Numbered from the stretch's first letter, positions 1-8,028 are shown. The stretch: DNA of 20,000 nt from Anaerolineae bacterium (GCA_041082215.1 JBDOIF010000014.1:53973-73972); one strand, 5' to 3'. Made by a program: numbers and translations. The notes: generated by a model not told the origin, from the sequence alone.

Positions 1-599
1 CCGTACTCCGTCCCCACCCAAATGGTCCCGGCCTGGTCCTGGTAGATGGACAGAATATGGCTGCCGTTTTCGGGCAGGGGGTGATGTAGGAAGCGGTCGG
101 CCTGGGGATCGTAGCGGAAGAGGCCCGCCCCGGCCGTGCCGACCCAGAGGGTGCCTTCTGGAGCCGAATAGATCGCCGTGACGGACTCAGAGACCTCGGG
201 GTAGTGGACGAATCGAGAGGCACCGGGGTCAAAACGGTCTATCCCGCTCACCGTCCCCACCCACAGCCTGCCGCCGGAATCTACTGCCAGAGCCTGGACG
301 GTGTTGTGGATCAGGGAATCGGGATCGGAGCGCAGGTGACGGAAGACGGTGAAGGTGTAGCCGTCGTACCGGTTCAGGCCGTCCTGGGTGCCGAACCAGA
401 GGAAGCCCTGCTGGTCCTGAACGATGGCATATACAATATCGTGGGAGAGTCCGTCGGCGGTGGTAAGATGGAAGAAACGCAGCGCAGGGGTCTGAGCCTG
501 CGCGGGCAGCGGCAGGGCCAGATAGACCGTCAGGAGGAGAGCGGCGGTAAAGAGGGGGATGGTGAACGACTTTATCCCCAGGAGACCTGGGCTTTTCAT
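1..599 (-). CDS. Two-component regulator beta-propeller sensor protein, 5' part (runs off the window at base 1)
   Basis: Not in the ORF track. Manual translation from ATG 599: MKSPGLLGIKSFTIPLFTAALLLTVYLALPLPAQA (signal peptide), then LTTADGLSHDIVYAIVQDQQGFLWFGTQDGLNRYDG and repeated DxxGxLWVGT blades; open to base 1; AGGTGGTGG SD-like sequence upstream. Confidence 0.88.
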   Translation of the reverse strand, partial: MKSPGLLGIKSFTIPLFTAALLLTVYLALPLPAQAQTPALRFFHLTTADGLSHDIVYAIVQDQQGFLWFGTQDGLNRYDGYTFTVFRHLRSDPDSLIHNTVQALAVDSGGRLWVGTVSGIDRFDPGASRFVHYPEVSESVTAIYSAPEGTLWVGTAGAGLFRYDPQADRFLHHPLPENGSHILSIYQDQAGTIWVGTEY

Positions 600-638
600 A
601 CCACCACCTGTGTGCTAAAATGGATAAGACTTACGAAA

Positions 639-1508
639 ATGGATTCCGTTCAACCCTGCGACTTCGGCGGTTCCGGGCCGCTCCTTCACCTGGCTCACGC
701 CAACGGCTTCCCGCCAGGGGCGTACCGTCTGCTGGCGGAGGCCCTCGCAGAATGGTCCCACGTGGTGGCGTTGCCCGCCCGCCCCCTCTGGCCCGGCAGC
801 CGTCCCGAGAGCGCCCCCACCTGGCACTCCCTGGCCGATGACCTGATCCAGGCCTTCGACCGGCTGGGGTGGCGGGGGGTGATCGGTGTGGGCCATTCGA
901 TGGGTGGGGTGGTCACCCTCTGGGCTGCCGTCCGCCGCCCGGAGCTCTTCCGCGCCGTCGTGCTCGTTGATCCGGTCATCCTGCCGCCCACCTGGCTCTG
1001 GCTGGTCCGGCTGGCCTGGCTCCTGGGCCTCCAGCACCGGCTACCGCTGGTGCAGGAAGCACTCCGTCGGCGGCGGACCTGGCGCAGCCGTCAGGACTGC
1101 TACGAGCTGTACCGGCGACTCCCCTTCTTCGCCAACTGGCCGGACGAGAGCCTCCGGGCCTATGTGTGGGCAGGGACCCGGCAGCGGGAGGATGGGCTTA
1201 TAGAGCTGGTCTATCCGCCGGAGTGGGAAGCCCACCTCTTTGCCACCGTCCCCACCGATGTCTGGCGCGCCGTCCCCCGCCTGCGTGTCCCGGCGCTGGT
1301 GATCCGCGGCGAACGCTCCAGCACCTTCCGGCCCGAAAGCCAGGCCCGGATGGAACGGCTGCTCCCTCACGCCCGGTTCGTCGTCATCCCCGGGGCGGGC
1401 CACCTGGTGCCGATGGAGCGGCCCGAACTGGTGGCGGCGACGATCCGGGAGTGGATGGCCCCTGCGCCCGCCGTGGGCAAGCAGAGCCTGATACCGGCTA
1501 CCGGATAG
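639..1508 (+). CDS. Alpha/beta fold hydrolase
   Basis: HANGF oxyanion motif, GHSMGG nucleophile elbow, GAGHLVP catalytic His. Start set at ATG 639 because the longer ORF from 204 overlaps the opposite-strand sensor gene. Confidence 0.9.
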   Translation: MDSVQPCDFGGSGPLLHLAHANGFPPGAYRLLAEALAEWSHVVALPARPLWPGSRPESAPTWHSLADDLIQAFDRLGWRGVIGVGHSMGGVVTLWAAVRRPELFRAVVLVDPVILPPTWLWLVRLAWLLGLQHRLPLVQEALRRRRTWRSRQDCYELYRRLPFFANWPDESLRAYVWAGTRQREDGLIELVYPPEWEAHLFATVPTDVWRAVPRLRVPALVIRGERSSTFRPESQARMERLLPHARFVVIPGAGHLVPMERPELVAATIREWMAPAPAVGKQSLIPATG

Positions 1509-1517
1509 GCACACCCT

Positions 1518-2096
1518 ATGGAAGATTGCCGTCGCTGCCCGGCGCTGGCGGCCAATCGGCGGCGGATCGTCCCCGGCTACGGCCCCACCCCGGCACGGGT
1601 GATGTTCGTGGGGGAAGCCCCCGGCTACCGTGGAGCCGACATCACAGGCATCCCCTTCACCCGGGACCGGTCTGGCCGCCGTCTTCAGGCGCTTCTCATC
1701 CGGCTGGGGCTCTCGCTGGAGGAGGACCCCGCCGTTGAGCATCCCCGCCTGCGGGACTGTTATCTCACCAACCTGGTTCGTTGCAACCCCCCGGTCAACC
1801 GTCGCCCCACCTGGACGGAGACGGAGGCCTGCTTCCCCTATCTCCAGGCGGAGCTGGAACGGGTACGCCCCCAGGTTCTTGTGCCCGTGGGGCTTTTGCC
1901 CTCCCGTGTCCTACTGAACCATCTGCTGGGCCGGACTGCAGGCCGGATGCGAGAGCTTCACGCCTGCCCCATATGGATCGAGCCGGGAGTTTGCCCCGAT
2001 CCGCTGAAGGTAATCCTCCCGCTGCGCCACCCCTCCCGCGCCAGCAACCTGGAGCTGGAGACCTTCGTCCAGGCCCTGGCCGCCCTCCTGGAATAA
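1518..2096 (+). CDS. Uracil-DNA glycosylase, [4Fe-4S] type (family 4/5-like)
   Basis: CxxC at the N-terminus, VGEAPG motif A, TNLVRCNPP, EACFPYL and HPS motif B; 9 nt downstream of the hydrolase. Confidence 0.9.
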   Translation: MEDCRRCPALAANRRRIVPGYGPTPARVMFVGEAPGYRGADITGIPFTRDRSGRRLQALLIRLGLSLEEDPAVEHPRLRDCYLTNLVRCNPPVNRRPTWTETEACFPYLQAELERVRPQVLVPVGLLPSRVLLNHLLGRTAGRMRELHACPIWIEPGVCPDPLKVILPLRHPSRASNLELETFVQALAALLE

Positions 2097-2172
2097 CCAC
2101 GGAGGCCCAGAGAACACAGAGTCCCACACGGCTACTCCAGATTCCCCTCCGTGTCCTCCGCGTCCCTGTGGT
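2096..2172. repeat. Imperfect palindrome of ~9-nt periodic units between convergent genes; possible bidirectional terminator
   Basis: Left arm ACCACGGAGGCCCAGAGAACACAGAG (2096-2121), right arm CTCCGTGTCCTCCGCGTCCCTGTGGT (2147-2172); fills the gap between the two stop codons. Confidence 0.75.
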
Positions 2173-2173
2173 C

Positions 2174-4078
2174 CTATTGCCCCCCAGACCCCTCCAGCAC
2201 CCCCTCGGGGATCGGGCCGAACGAGGCCTCGATCTCCTCCGGTTCATACAGCTCCAGCATGCACTCCCACCACGAGAGTCCATCCGTCTTCTGAAAATGC
2301 CACCACTCGATGTCCGGCCAGAAGTACCGCCATCGGTAGAGGGCGGCGACCCGCTCCCATCCGTAGTCGGCGGCCAGTGTAGTGAAGTCCACAAAATAGC
2401 CAGAAGGGACTCCGTCCAGCAGCCGCCCTCCCTGCACCGCTGCTGCCCCTCCCTCATCGCGGGCCTTCAGGTCCCATGGGGCCAGCCGGAGCGGTTCCCC
2501 CATACTCCCGTCCTGCCGGGCAGCCCGGATGAAGACCCGCCAGTAGGTCTCATTCCCCACGTCCTCCCGCACCAATTGGACCTTCTGGTCCTCCTCGTCG
2601 TAGTACGCCTGATTGATGTCAAAGGCCCGCCCGCAGACGTGGTAACTCATCCGGGACTGGCCCGGACGGGGGGTATGGTCCATCGGTCGCCAGGCGGAGC
2701 CAAGCACCGCCAGGTAATCCCAGCCGGTCTCCTCCAGGACCCGCTGTCGGAGGGCCTTGAAGCTGTCATCTACCCGGTCGCTTAACCGGGCCTGTTCGTC
2801 CCCCCCGTTCACATCCGGTAGATAGACCAGGCGGTAAGGGGGGCCGGAGGGAGGGGGGGACTGAACCAGTTCGGTGTAGAGGGGAGGCTCGCCGACCAGC
2901 TCGGCGGCACGGGCGCGGGCAATGGCCCGGGAGGAGAGAGGGATGGGGCTCCACACCGGGGCGTCTATCGGCCCTTCGGCGCTGTAGACCTCCTGGGAAA
3001 GCCCCCATCCGAGGAGACTGGAGGCGATCAGGTAGGAACGGTCTTCCCGCCGGTAGACGGTGATCAGGCTTCCCCCGTCGGGCGCCCAGGCAGGGGAGGC
3101 GCCGGAGCCGAAAAGGTCGGTGGAGGTGAGGTGAAGGGCCGGGTGGGTCCCTGTGATCTCCTCCGTCCGCCACTCCAGCCGGCTGACCTGGACTGTGGAG
3201 TAGCCAGCCCGGCCGATGGTGTAGGCCAATCGCTCCCCTTCGGGCGACCAGGCGGGGTCCGACTCGTCGGCGCTGGGGCTCTGGGTCACATTGATCTCCG
3301 TGCCCCCCCCCTCCCCCTCCAGGAGGTAGAGGAACACGTCCTGATTTCCCCCTCGATAGGAGACAAAGGCGATCATCCGTCCGTCGGGCGACCAGGTGGG
3401 GCTGTAATCGGGGGCTGGGTCGGTGGTGAGCCGGCGGACGTTACGCCCGTCCGCGTCCATCAGATAGATATCCAGGTTGCCGCCCCGGTAAGATTCGAAG
3501 GCGATGGTGCGTCCGTCGGGCGACCAGGTGGGGTTTCCGTCGTAGGCGGGGTCGCGGGTGAGGCGGATCAGTGCGCCTCCCTCCAGATCAAGGAGGTACA
3601 CGTCCCAGTTGCCCCCTCGTCGGGAGGCAAAGGCCAGCATCTGCCCGTCGGGCGACCAGGCAGGGTCCCGCTCCTCCGCCGGGTCGCTGGTCAGTCGGAC
3701 CACCTGGCGGGTGGCCTGGTTAATGGCGTAGATGTCGGCGTTGCCGTTGTGGCGGAGGACGAAAGCCACCGCCCCGCCGCTGCCGAAGGGAGTGGGGCTG
3801 GGACCAGGGGTGGGGCTGGGGCCGGGGGTGGGAGAGACCACGACGGTGACGTAAGGGGGGCGGGCCAGGAGCGCGCTTCCGGTCCGGTAAAGGGCGAAGC
3901 CCAGCAGGAGAAGGACGATGAGGTTGGCGATGATCAGCAGGGCCAGCAGCCGCAGCGCGCGGGGAGTGAGAGTCACCGGGCCGGCGGCCTGGATCGGGCG
4001 TGCCAGCTTCCGGACAGCCTGGACTATCCGGCCTGCCAGTCGCTGCAGTACGCCGGGAGGGGGGTCAAGGGCAGCCAT
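2174..4078 (-). CDS. Membrane-anchored TolB-like (PD40 repeat) protein with C-terminal M15-type Zn peptidase domain
   Basis: One N-terminal TM helix, SPTPGPSPTPGPSPTP linker, repeated P-x-W-S-P-D-G blades, then SAWR, SYHVCGRAFD (HxxxxxxD) and EWWH (ExxH). Confidence 0.85.
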   Translation of the reverse strand: MAALDPPPGVLQRLAGRIVQAVRKLARPIQAAGPVTLTPRALRLLALLIIANLIVLLLLGFALYRTGSALLARPPYVTVVVSPTPGPSPTPGPSPTPFGSGGAVAFVLRHNGNADIYAINQATRQVVRLTSDPAEERDPAWSPDGQMLAFASRRGGNWDVYLLDLEGGALIRLTRDPAYDGNPTWSPDGRTIAFESYRGGNLDIYLMDADGRNVRRLTTDPAPDYSPTWSPDGRMIAFVSYRGGNQDVFLYLLEGEGGGTEINVTQSPSADESDPAWSPEGERLAYTIGRAGYSTVQVSRLEWRTEEITGTHPALHLTSTDLFGSGASPAWAPDGGSLITVYRREDRSYLIASSLLGWGLSQEVYSAEGPIDAPVWSPIPLSSRAIARARAAELVGEPPLYTELVQSPPPSGPPYRLVYLPDVNGGDEQARLSDRVDDSFKALRQRVLEETGWDYLAVLGSAWRPMDHTPRPGQSRMSYHVCGRAFDINQAYYDEEDQKVQLVREDVGNETYWRVFIRAARQDGSMGEPLRLAPWDLKARDEGGAAAVQGGRLLDGVPSGYFVDFTTLAADYGWERVAALYRWRYFWPDIEWWHFQKTDGLSWWECMLELYEPEEIEASFGPIPEGVLEGSGGQ

Positions 4079-4114
4079 CGAAAATAGTATACAACGGGGC
4101 CGCCAGAATGGGAA
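4079..4114 (-). promoter_or_regulatory. Sigma70-type promoter, probably giving a leaderless mRNA
   Basis: TATACT (4091-4086) lies 7 nt before ATG 4078; weak -35 TTCCCA 17 nt upstream; no SD. Confidence 0.6.
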
Positions 4115-4130
4115 GCGGGGGCATCAGAAA

Positions 4131-4322
4131 AGCTGTAGTTCAGTCTGGGGGCGAGATGTCCCTGGCCCGGGCCGGACCTGGGGAAACGCGAATGGCGCGA
4201 AAGGAAACGAATACCGCGAACGGGGCAGGGATCCCTCCTGTTCGCGATATTCGGCCCATTTGTGGGATTCGCGATCCACCGGCGGGCAAGCGGACCACTC
4301 GCCCCGAAATTGAAACACGCCC
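4131..4322. mobile_element. MITE-like non-autonomous element, copy 1 (192 bp)
   Basis: 170/192 identical to 10695-10886 with no indels (hand count); imperfect 24 bp TIR (17/24); flanking 9 bp direct repeat CATCAGAAA (4122-4130) / CATCAAAAA (4323-4331). Confidence 0.85.
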
Positions 4323-4336
4323 CATCAAAAAAGGGC

Positions 4337-4365
4337 TTGCGGGCGGGGGTGAAGGTGAGTATAAT
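4337..4365 (+). promoter_or_regulatory. Sigma70-type promoter of the histidine kinase
   Basis: TTGCGG-17 nt-TATAAT, followed by GGAGG at 4373-4377. Confidence 0.75.
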
Positions 4366-4382
4366 GAAAAACGGAGGTGAGG

Positions 4383-6617
4383 GTGAAGAGGGTTGAGGAT
4401 TCCCTGGCGTTACGTCTCTTCGCCTGGGGTCTGCTGCTCGTAGGGGGAGGGCTGCTCATCCTTTTTTCATACAGATTTCCCCTCCACGTCTGGCTCCCCC
4501 TCCTCTTCCTCGTCCCCCTGGCTCTGCTGGTAGACTCCTTCACGTTTCAGTTAGCGGGAGGAGTTTATCTCTCCTTCGAAACGGTCGTCTGCCTTTTCTG
4601 CGCGCTGTTGCTGGGGCCGGTAATCGCAGCCTGGATGGCAAGCATCGGCGTGCTGCTGGATGAGCTTTTCCTCCTCCGGCGCGGCCCCCACGTTGCCGCC
4701 CGCTCCGCTGGTATGTATGCCCTGATGTGGCTGGTCGGCGGGCTGGCCTATCAGGCCGTCGGGGGCACCTTCCCTCTGATGCAACTGGAGTGGATAGACC
4801 TGCTCCGCGCGCTGTTCCTCTTCCTGGTCGCCGCGCTGGTCAACCGGACGGCGATGGGGATCGAACGGCTGCTCCGTGGCCTTTCCCTGCGCGAATATCT
4901 GGTTTATATAGCCCCGAGGACCCTGCTGATCGAAATAGGGTTCGTGGTGATCGGCGCTGTGATGGCGGTTACCTATACCCGGATCGGGCCGATCGCGGTC
5001 ACGCTGTTGATGGCGGTGATGCTGCTGGCCCTGGCGATGTTCCGTCAATTGAGGGAGGTCTCCCAAAAGCTGGAGCGGCGGCTGGCCCTGCTGGGAGGGC
5101 TGAACTACGTCGGGCGGCTCATCGGTGCGTCGCTGGAGCTGGATCGCCTGCTGGACCTGGTGTACGAGGGGGTCAGCAACCTCTTCGACGCTTCCCTTCT
5201 CTGCATCGCCCTCTACGACCCGGAACGGAAAGAGCTGTCCTGCCAGGTCCTCTACGACAAAAACGGGCGGCACATGGACCAGCCCCATGAATGGCTCTCA
5301 GAGCTGGCGGCCTACCTGGTCGAACGGCGGGAGCTGGTGCTGGCCCGCAACGCCGAAGAAGTCGGACGGCTGCCGGTTTCTCCAGAGGGCGCCGGGAGCA
5401 GTGAGGCCCCCCAGTCGGTCCTCGGCGTGCTGATGATGTCCAAAGGAAGGGCTGTTGGGGCGATCGTGGCCCAAAGCCCCCGGCCGGATGCCTTCGCGCA
5501 GGAGGATCAGGAGGCTATGATGACGCTGGCCAATCAGGCCGCGATCGCTCTGGAGAACGTCCGGCTTTTTCGGGAGGTGGAACAAAGCCGGGGGTATCTG
5601 CGGGCAGTGCTGGATGCGGTGGACAACGCCCTGGTGGTGACCGATATGAGTGGGCGGGTCCGGTTGATCAACCGGGCCGTAAAGGAGCTGTTCGGCCTTT
5701 CGGAGGAGCGGGCGCTGGGTTACCCCCTGCGGGAAGTGGTCCGCCATCCGGTGCTGGTCGGCCTGGCGGAGCGGATCGCCCGGGGCGAGGTGGTCGGATC
5801 CGAGGTCGTGCAGATGGAGCTGGACGACGGCAGGGCCCTGATGGGTTATCTGGACCCGGTCATTGACCCCCAGAGAGAACGGATCGGCTATGTAATCGCT
5901 CTGGCCGATGTCACCGCGATCCACGAGCTGAGCGAGCTGAAGTCCACGATGATCCGCGTCGCCTCCCACGACCTGCGCAACCCTCTCCACCTGGCAGCGG
6001 GTTTTTTCCGCATCCTGCTGGACGACCTCCCCCAGCTTTCCGAGCTGCAGAAGGACCTGGCCCATCGGGTGCAGACCAATCTGGATACGATAGGGCGGCT
6101 GATTGACGAGTTGCTCAATCTGGAGCGGGTCGAGGAGGCCCAGTTTACCCGTCAGGAGCCGGTGGACATGGGGGCAGTGGCCCAGGAGGTGGTGCAGAGC
6201 CAGTTCCTTCGGGCAGAGCTGAAGCGGCAGCGGCTCTGGGTGGAGGTCGAAGGCGGCCCTCACAGGGTGAAGGGCAACCGCCGGATGCTTGCCCAGGCCC
6301 TGACCAACCTGGTGGATAACGCGATCAAGTACACGCCAGAGGGGGGAGAGATCGAGGTGCGGGTCCGTTCGGAAGGAAAACGGGTCTTCCTCTCCGTTCG
6401 GGATACGGGCGTTGGCATCCCCCCGGAGGTTCAGCCGCGCATCTTCGAGCAGTTCTTCCGCGCCAGACAGCCCGGCACAGAGGAGGTATCCGGCACAGGG
6501 GTCGGGCTGAGCCTGGTGCAGCAGATCGTCCAGCAGCACGGCGGGCAGGTTTGGGTGGAGAGCGAGGGGATCCCCGGCAAGGGCTCCACCTTTCATATCG
6601 CCCTGCCGGCCCTCTGA
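4383..6617 (+). CDS. Membrane sensor histidine kinase (multi-TM, GAF, PAS, HisKA, HATPase)
   Basis: Hydrophobic N-terminal ~225 aa; GAF (LANQAAIALEN); PAS; H-box SHDLRNPL, N-box NLVDNAIKY, DTGVGI, GTGVGL. GTG 4383 preferred over 4377 for SD spacing. Confidence 0.93.
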   Translation: MKRVEDSLALRLFAWGLLLVGGGLLILFSYRFPLHVWLPLLFLVPLALLVDSFTFQLAGGVYLSFETVVCLFCALLLGPVIAAWMASIGVLLDELFLLRRGPHVAARSAGMYALMWLVGGLAYQAVGGTFPLMQLEWIDLLRALFLFLVAALVNRTAMGIERLLRGLSLREYLVYIAPRTLLIEIGFVVIGAVMAVTYTRIGPIAVTLLMAVMLLALAMFRQLREVSQKLERRLALLGGLNYVGRLIGASLELDRLLDLVYEGVSNLFDASLLCIALYDPERKELSCQVLYDKNGRHMDQPHEWLSELAAYLVERRELVLARNAEEVGRLPVSPEGAGSSEAPQSVLGVLMMSKGRAVGAIVAQSPRPDAFAQEDQEAMMTLANQAAIALENVRLFREVEQSRGYLRAVLDAVDNALVVTDMSGRVRLINRAVKELFGLSEERALGYPLREVVRHPVLVGLAERIARGEVVGSEVVQMELDDGRALMGYLDPVIDPQRERIGYVIALADVTAIHELSELKSTMIRVASHDLRNPLHLAAGFFRILLDDLPQLSELQKDLAHRVQTNLDTIGRLIDELLNLERVEEAQFTRQEPVDMGAVAQEVVQSQFLRAELKRQRLWVEVEGGPHRVKGNRRMLAQALTNLVDNAIKYTPEGGEIEVRVRSEGKRVFLSVRDTGVGIPPEVQPRIFEQFFRARQPGTEEVSGTGVGLSLVQQIVQQHGGQVWVESEGIPGKGSTFHIALPAL

Positions 6618-6627
6618 GTGGTCCTCC

Positions 6628-8028
6628 CTATCCCCTTTTCCTCCGCTGCCTCGGTTTTCCCCTGTAGGCCGGAGCGAGGATAGCGAACAGCGTACACCGG
6701 CTCACGTCCAGCATCCGGGTCGCCAGCCGGGGGTCCAGCTCCTCAATGGGCGTTGCTGTAGTGACCACGGTGGGCAGCCGGGCGTTGTAGCGGTAGTCGA
6801 AGATCTGGTAGAGCTTCTCCCGCGCCCAGGGGGTTGCGGACTCGGTTCCCAGGTCGTCCAGGACGAGGAAGGGAGCCCGCCGCACCTCTTCGAACCGCTT
6901 GTCGAAGGGAACCGTGCTCTGGGGGCTGAAGGTGGCCCGGAGGTGGTCCAGCAGGTCCGGCACGACCACGAAGAGGACGGGGTGGCCCTGTCGGGCGCGG
7001 TAGTTGGCGACGGCGGCGGCCAGGTGGGTCTTGCCGCAGCCAAAGGGGCCGGTGAAGGCCAGCCAGCCGGAGGGGTTTTCGGCGAAGGCGCGGGCGGTCT
7101 CGACCGCCCGCCGCAGGTTCTGGGCCTCCTCTCTGGGCAACTCCCCCTCCCGCAGCTCAAAGGTCTCAAAGGTCTGATGGCTGTGGAGGTGAAGGGTGCC
7201 CAGGTCGGAGTGTTCGGCGAAGACACCGGCCTGGCGGAAGTCGGGGGCCAGGATGGTGACCACCCGCGTCAGATCGGGGTCCACCAGCCGGGAGCGGACC
7301 CGCAGGGGGATCTCCTCCAGCTCGTGGTTGGTGGTGATGACGGTGGGGAGTCGGGCGTTGTAGCGGTAGTTGAGGATCTGGAAGAGCTTCTCCTGGGCCC
7401 AGAAGGTGGGGGCCTCGGTCCCCAGATCGTCCAGGATGAGGAGAGGGGCTGTACGGACCTCCTCGAACCGTTCGTCGTAGCGGGCGGGGCTGCTGGGGCT
7501 GAAGGCGGCCCGCAGGTGGTCAAGGAGGTCGGGTACGGTGACAAAGAGGACGGGTTGGCCTCGCTCGATGGCGCGGTTGGCGATGGCTGCGGCCAGATGG
7601 GTCTTGCCGCAGCCGTAGCCTCCTTTGAGCAGGAGCCAGCCGGAGGGGTTTTCGGCGAAGGCGCGGGCGGCCTCATAGGCGTGGCGGAGGTTTTCCCGCT
7701 TTTCGGGCGGCAGGCCCCGGCCTTCGGGCTCAAAGCTCTCGAAGGTCATATAGGCCAGCGCCTCCAGGTTGCTGAGGGCCCGCAGGTGGGCGATCCGCCG
7801 CTCCCGCATCTCCGCCAGCCGGCAGACGCAGGGGAGCAGCTTACCGAAATCCGGGTGGTCCACCGGCACGTCGGCGCGGACGTAGCCCAGCCCGCTGCAG
7901 TGGGGGCAGACCCCCTCTTCCTGCTTTCTGCTCCTTGCCCCCTGTCCCTCAACGCTCAATGTACTCGCCGTACTCTCCCTCGATGTAGCGTCGGCGATCT
8001 CCTTCACGATCTCGCCGAGACGTTTCAT
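6628..8028 (-). CDS. DnaC/DnaI-like helicase loader with Zn finger and two tandem AAA+ (IstB-like) ATPase domains
   Basis: CPHC...PCVC; two Walker A (GGYGCGKT, GPFGCGKT) and two Walker B (LILDDLG, LVLDDLG); follows dnaB and the DnaD gene; ATG 8028 has GGGAGG upstream. Confidence 0.88.
   Translation of the reverse strand: MKRLGEIVKEIADATSRESTASTLSVEGQGARSRKQEEGVCPHCSGLGYVRADVPVDHPDFGKLLPCVCRLAEMRERRIAHLRALSNLEALAYMTFESFEPEGRGLPPEKRENLRHAYEAARAFAENPSGWLLLKGGYGCGKTHLAAAIANRAIERGQPVLFVTVPDLLDHLRAAFSPSSPARYDERFEEVRTAPLLILDDLGTEAPTFWAQEKLFQILNYRYNARLPTVITTNHELEEIPLRVRSRLVDPDLTRVVTILAPDFRQAGVFAEHSDLGTLHLHSHQTFETFELREGELPREEAQNLRRAVETARAFAENPSGWLAFTGPFGCGKTHLAAAVANYRARQGHPVLFVVVPDLLDHLRATFSPQSTVPFDKRFEEVRRAPFLVLDDLGTESATPWAREKLYQIFDYRYNARLPTVVTTATPIEELDPRLATRMLDVSRCTLFAILAPAYRGKPRQRRKRG
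7914..7948 (-). repeat. Degenerate 7-mer tandem repeat inside the loader N-terminus
   Basis: GGGACAG GGGGCAA GGAGCAG AAAGCAG GAAGAGG starts immediately after the DnaD stop codon. Confidence 0.5.

Noticed and set aside
204..638. N-terminal 145 aa extension of the hydrolase ORF
   Set aside because: It is the antisense shadow of the minus-strand propeller sensor gene; hydrolase motifs begin after Met at 639.
2174..4078. True tolB of a Tol-Pal system
   Set aside because: Has a TM anchor and a peptidase domain, lacks the TolB N-terminal domain, and has no tolQRA/pal neighbours.
4184..4276. CRISPR-like mini array
   Set aside because: Units are 9 nt, inverted and without unique spacers; no cas genes.
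4124..4328. Small ORFs inside the MITE copies (also 10638-10931, 10658-10888)
   Set aside because: Start and stop positions differ between copies, no SD, no transposase motifs.
6628..8028. IS21 istB or prophage replication module
   Set aside because: No istA, integrase or phage genes nearby; the gene is in an operon with chromosomal-type dnaB.
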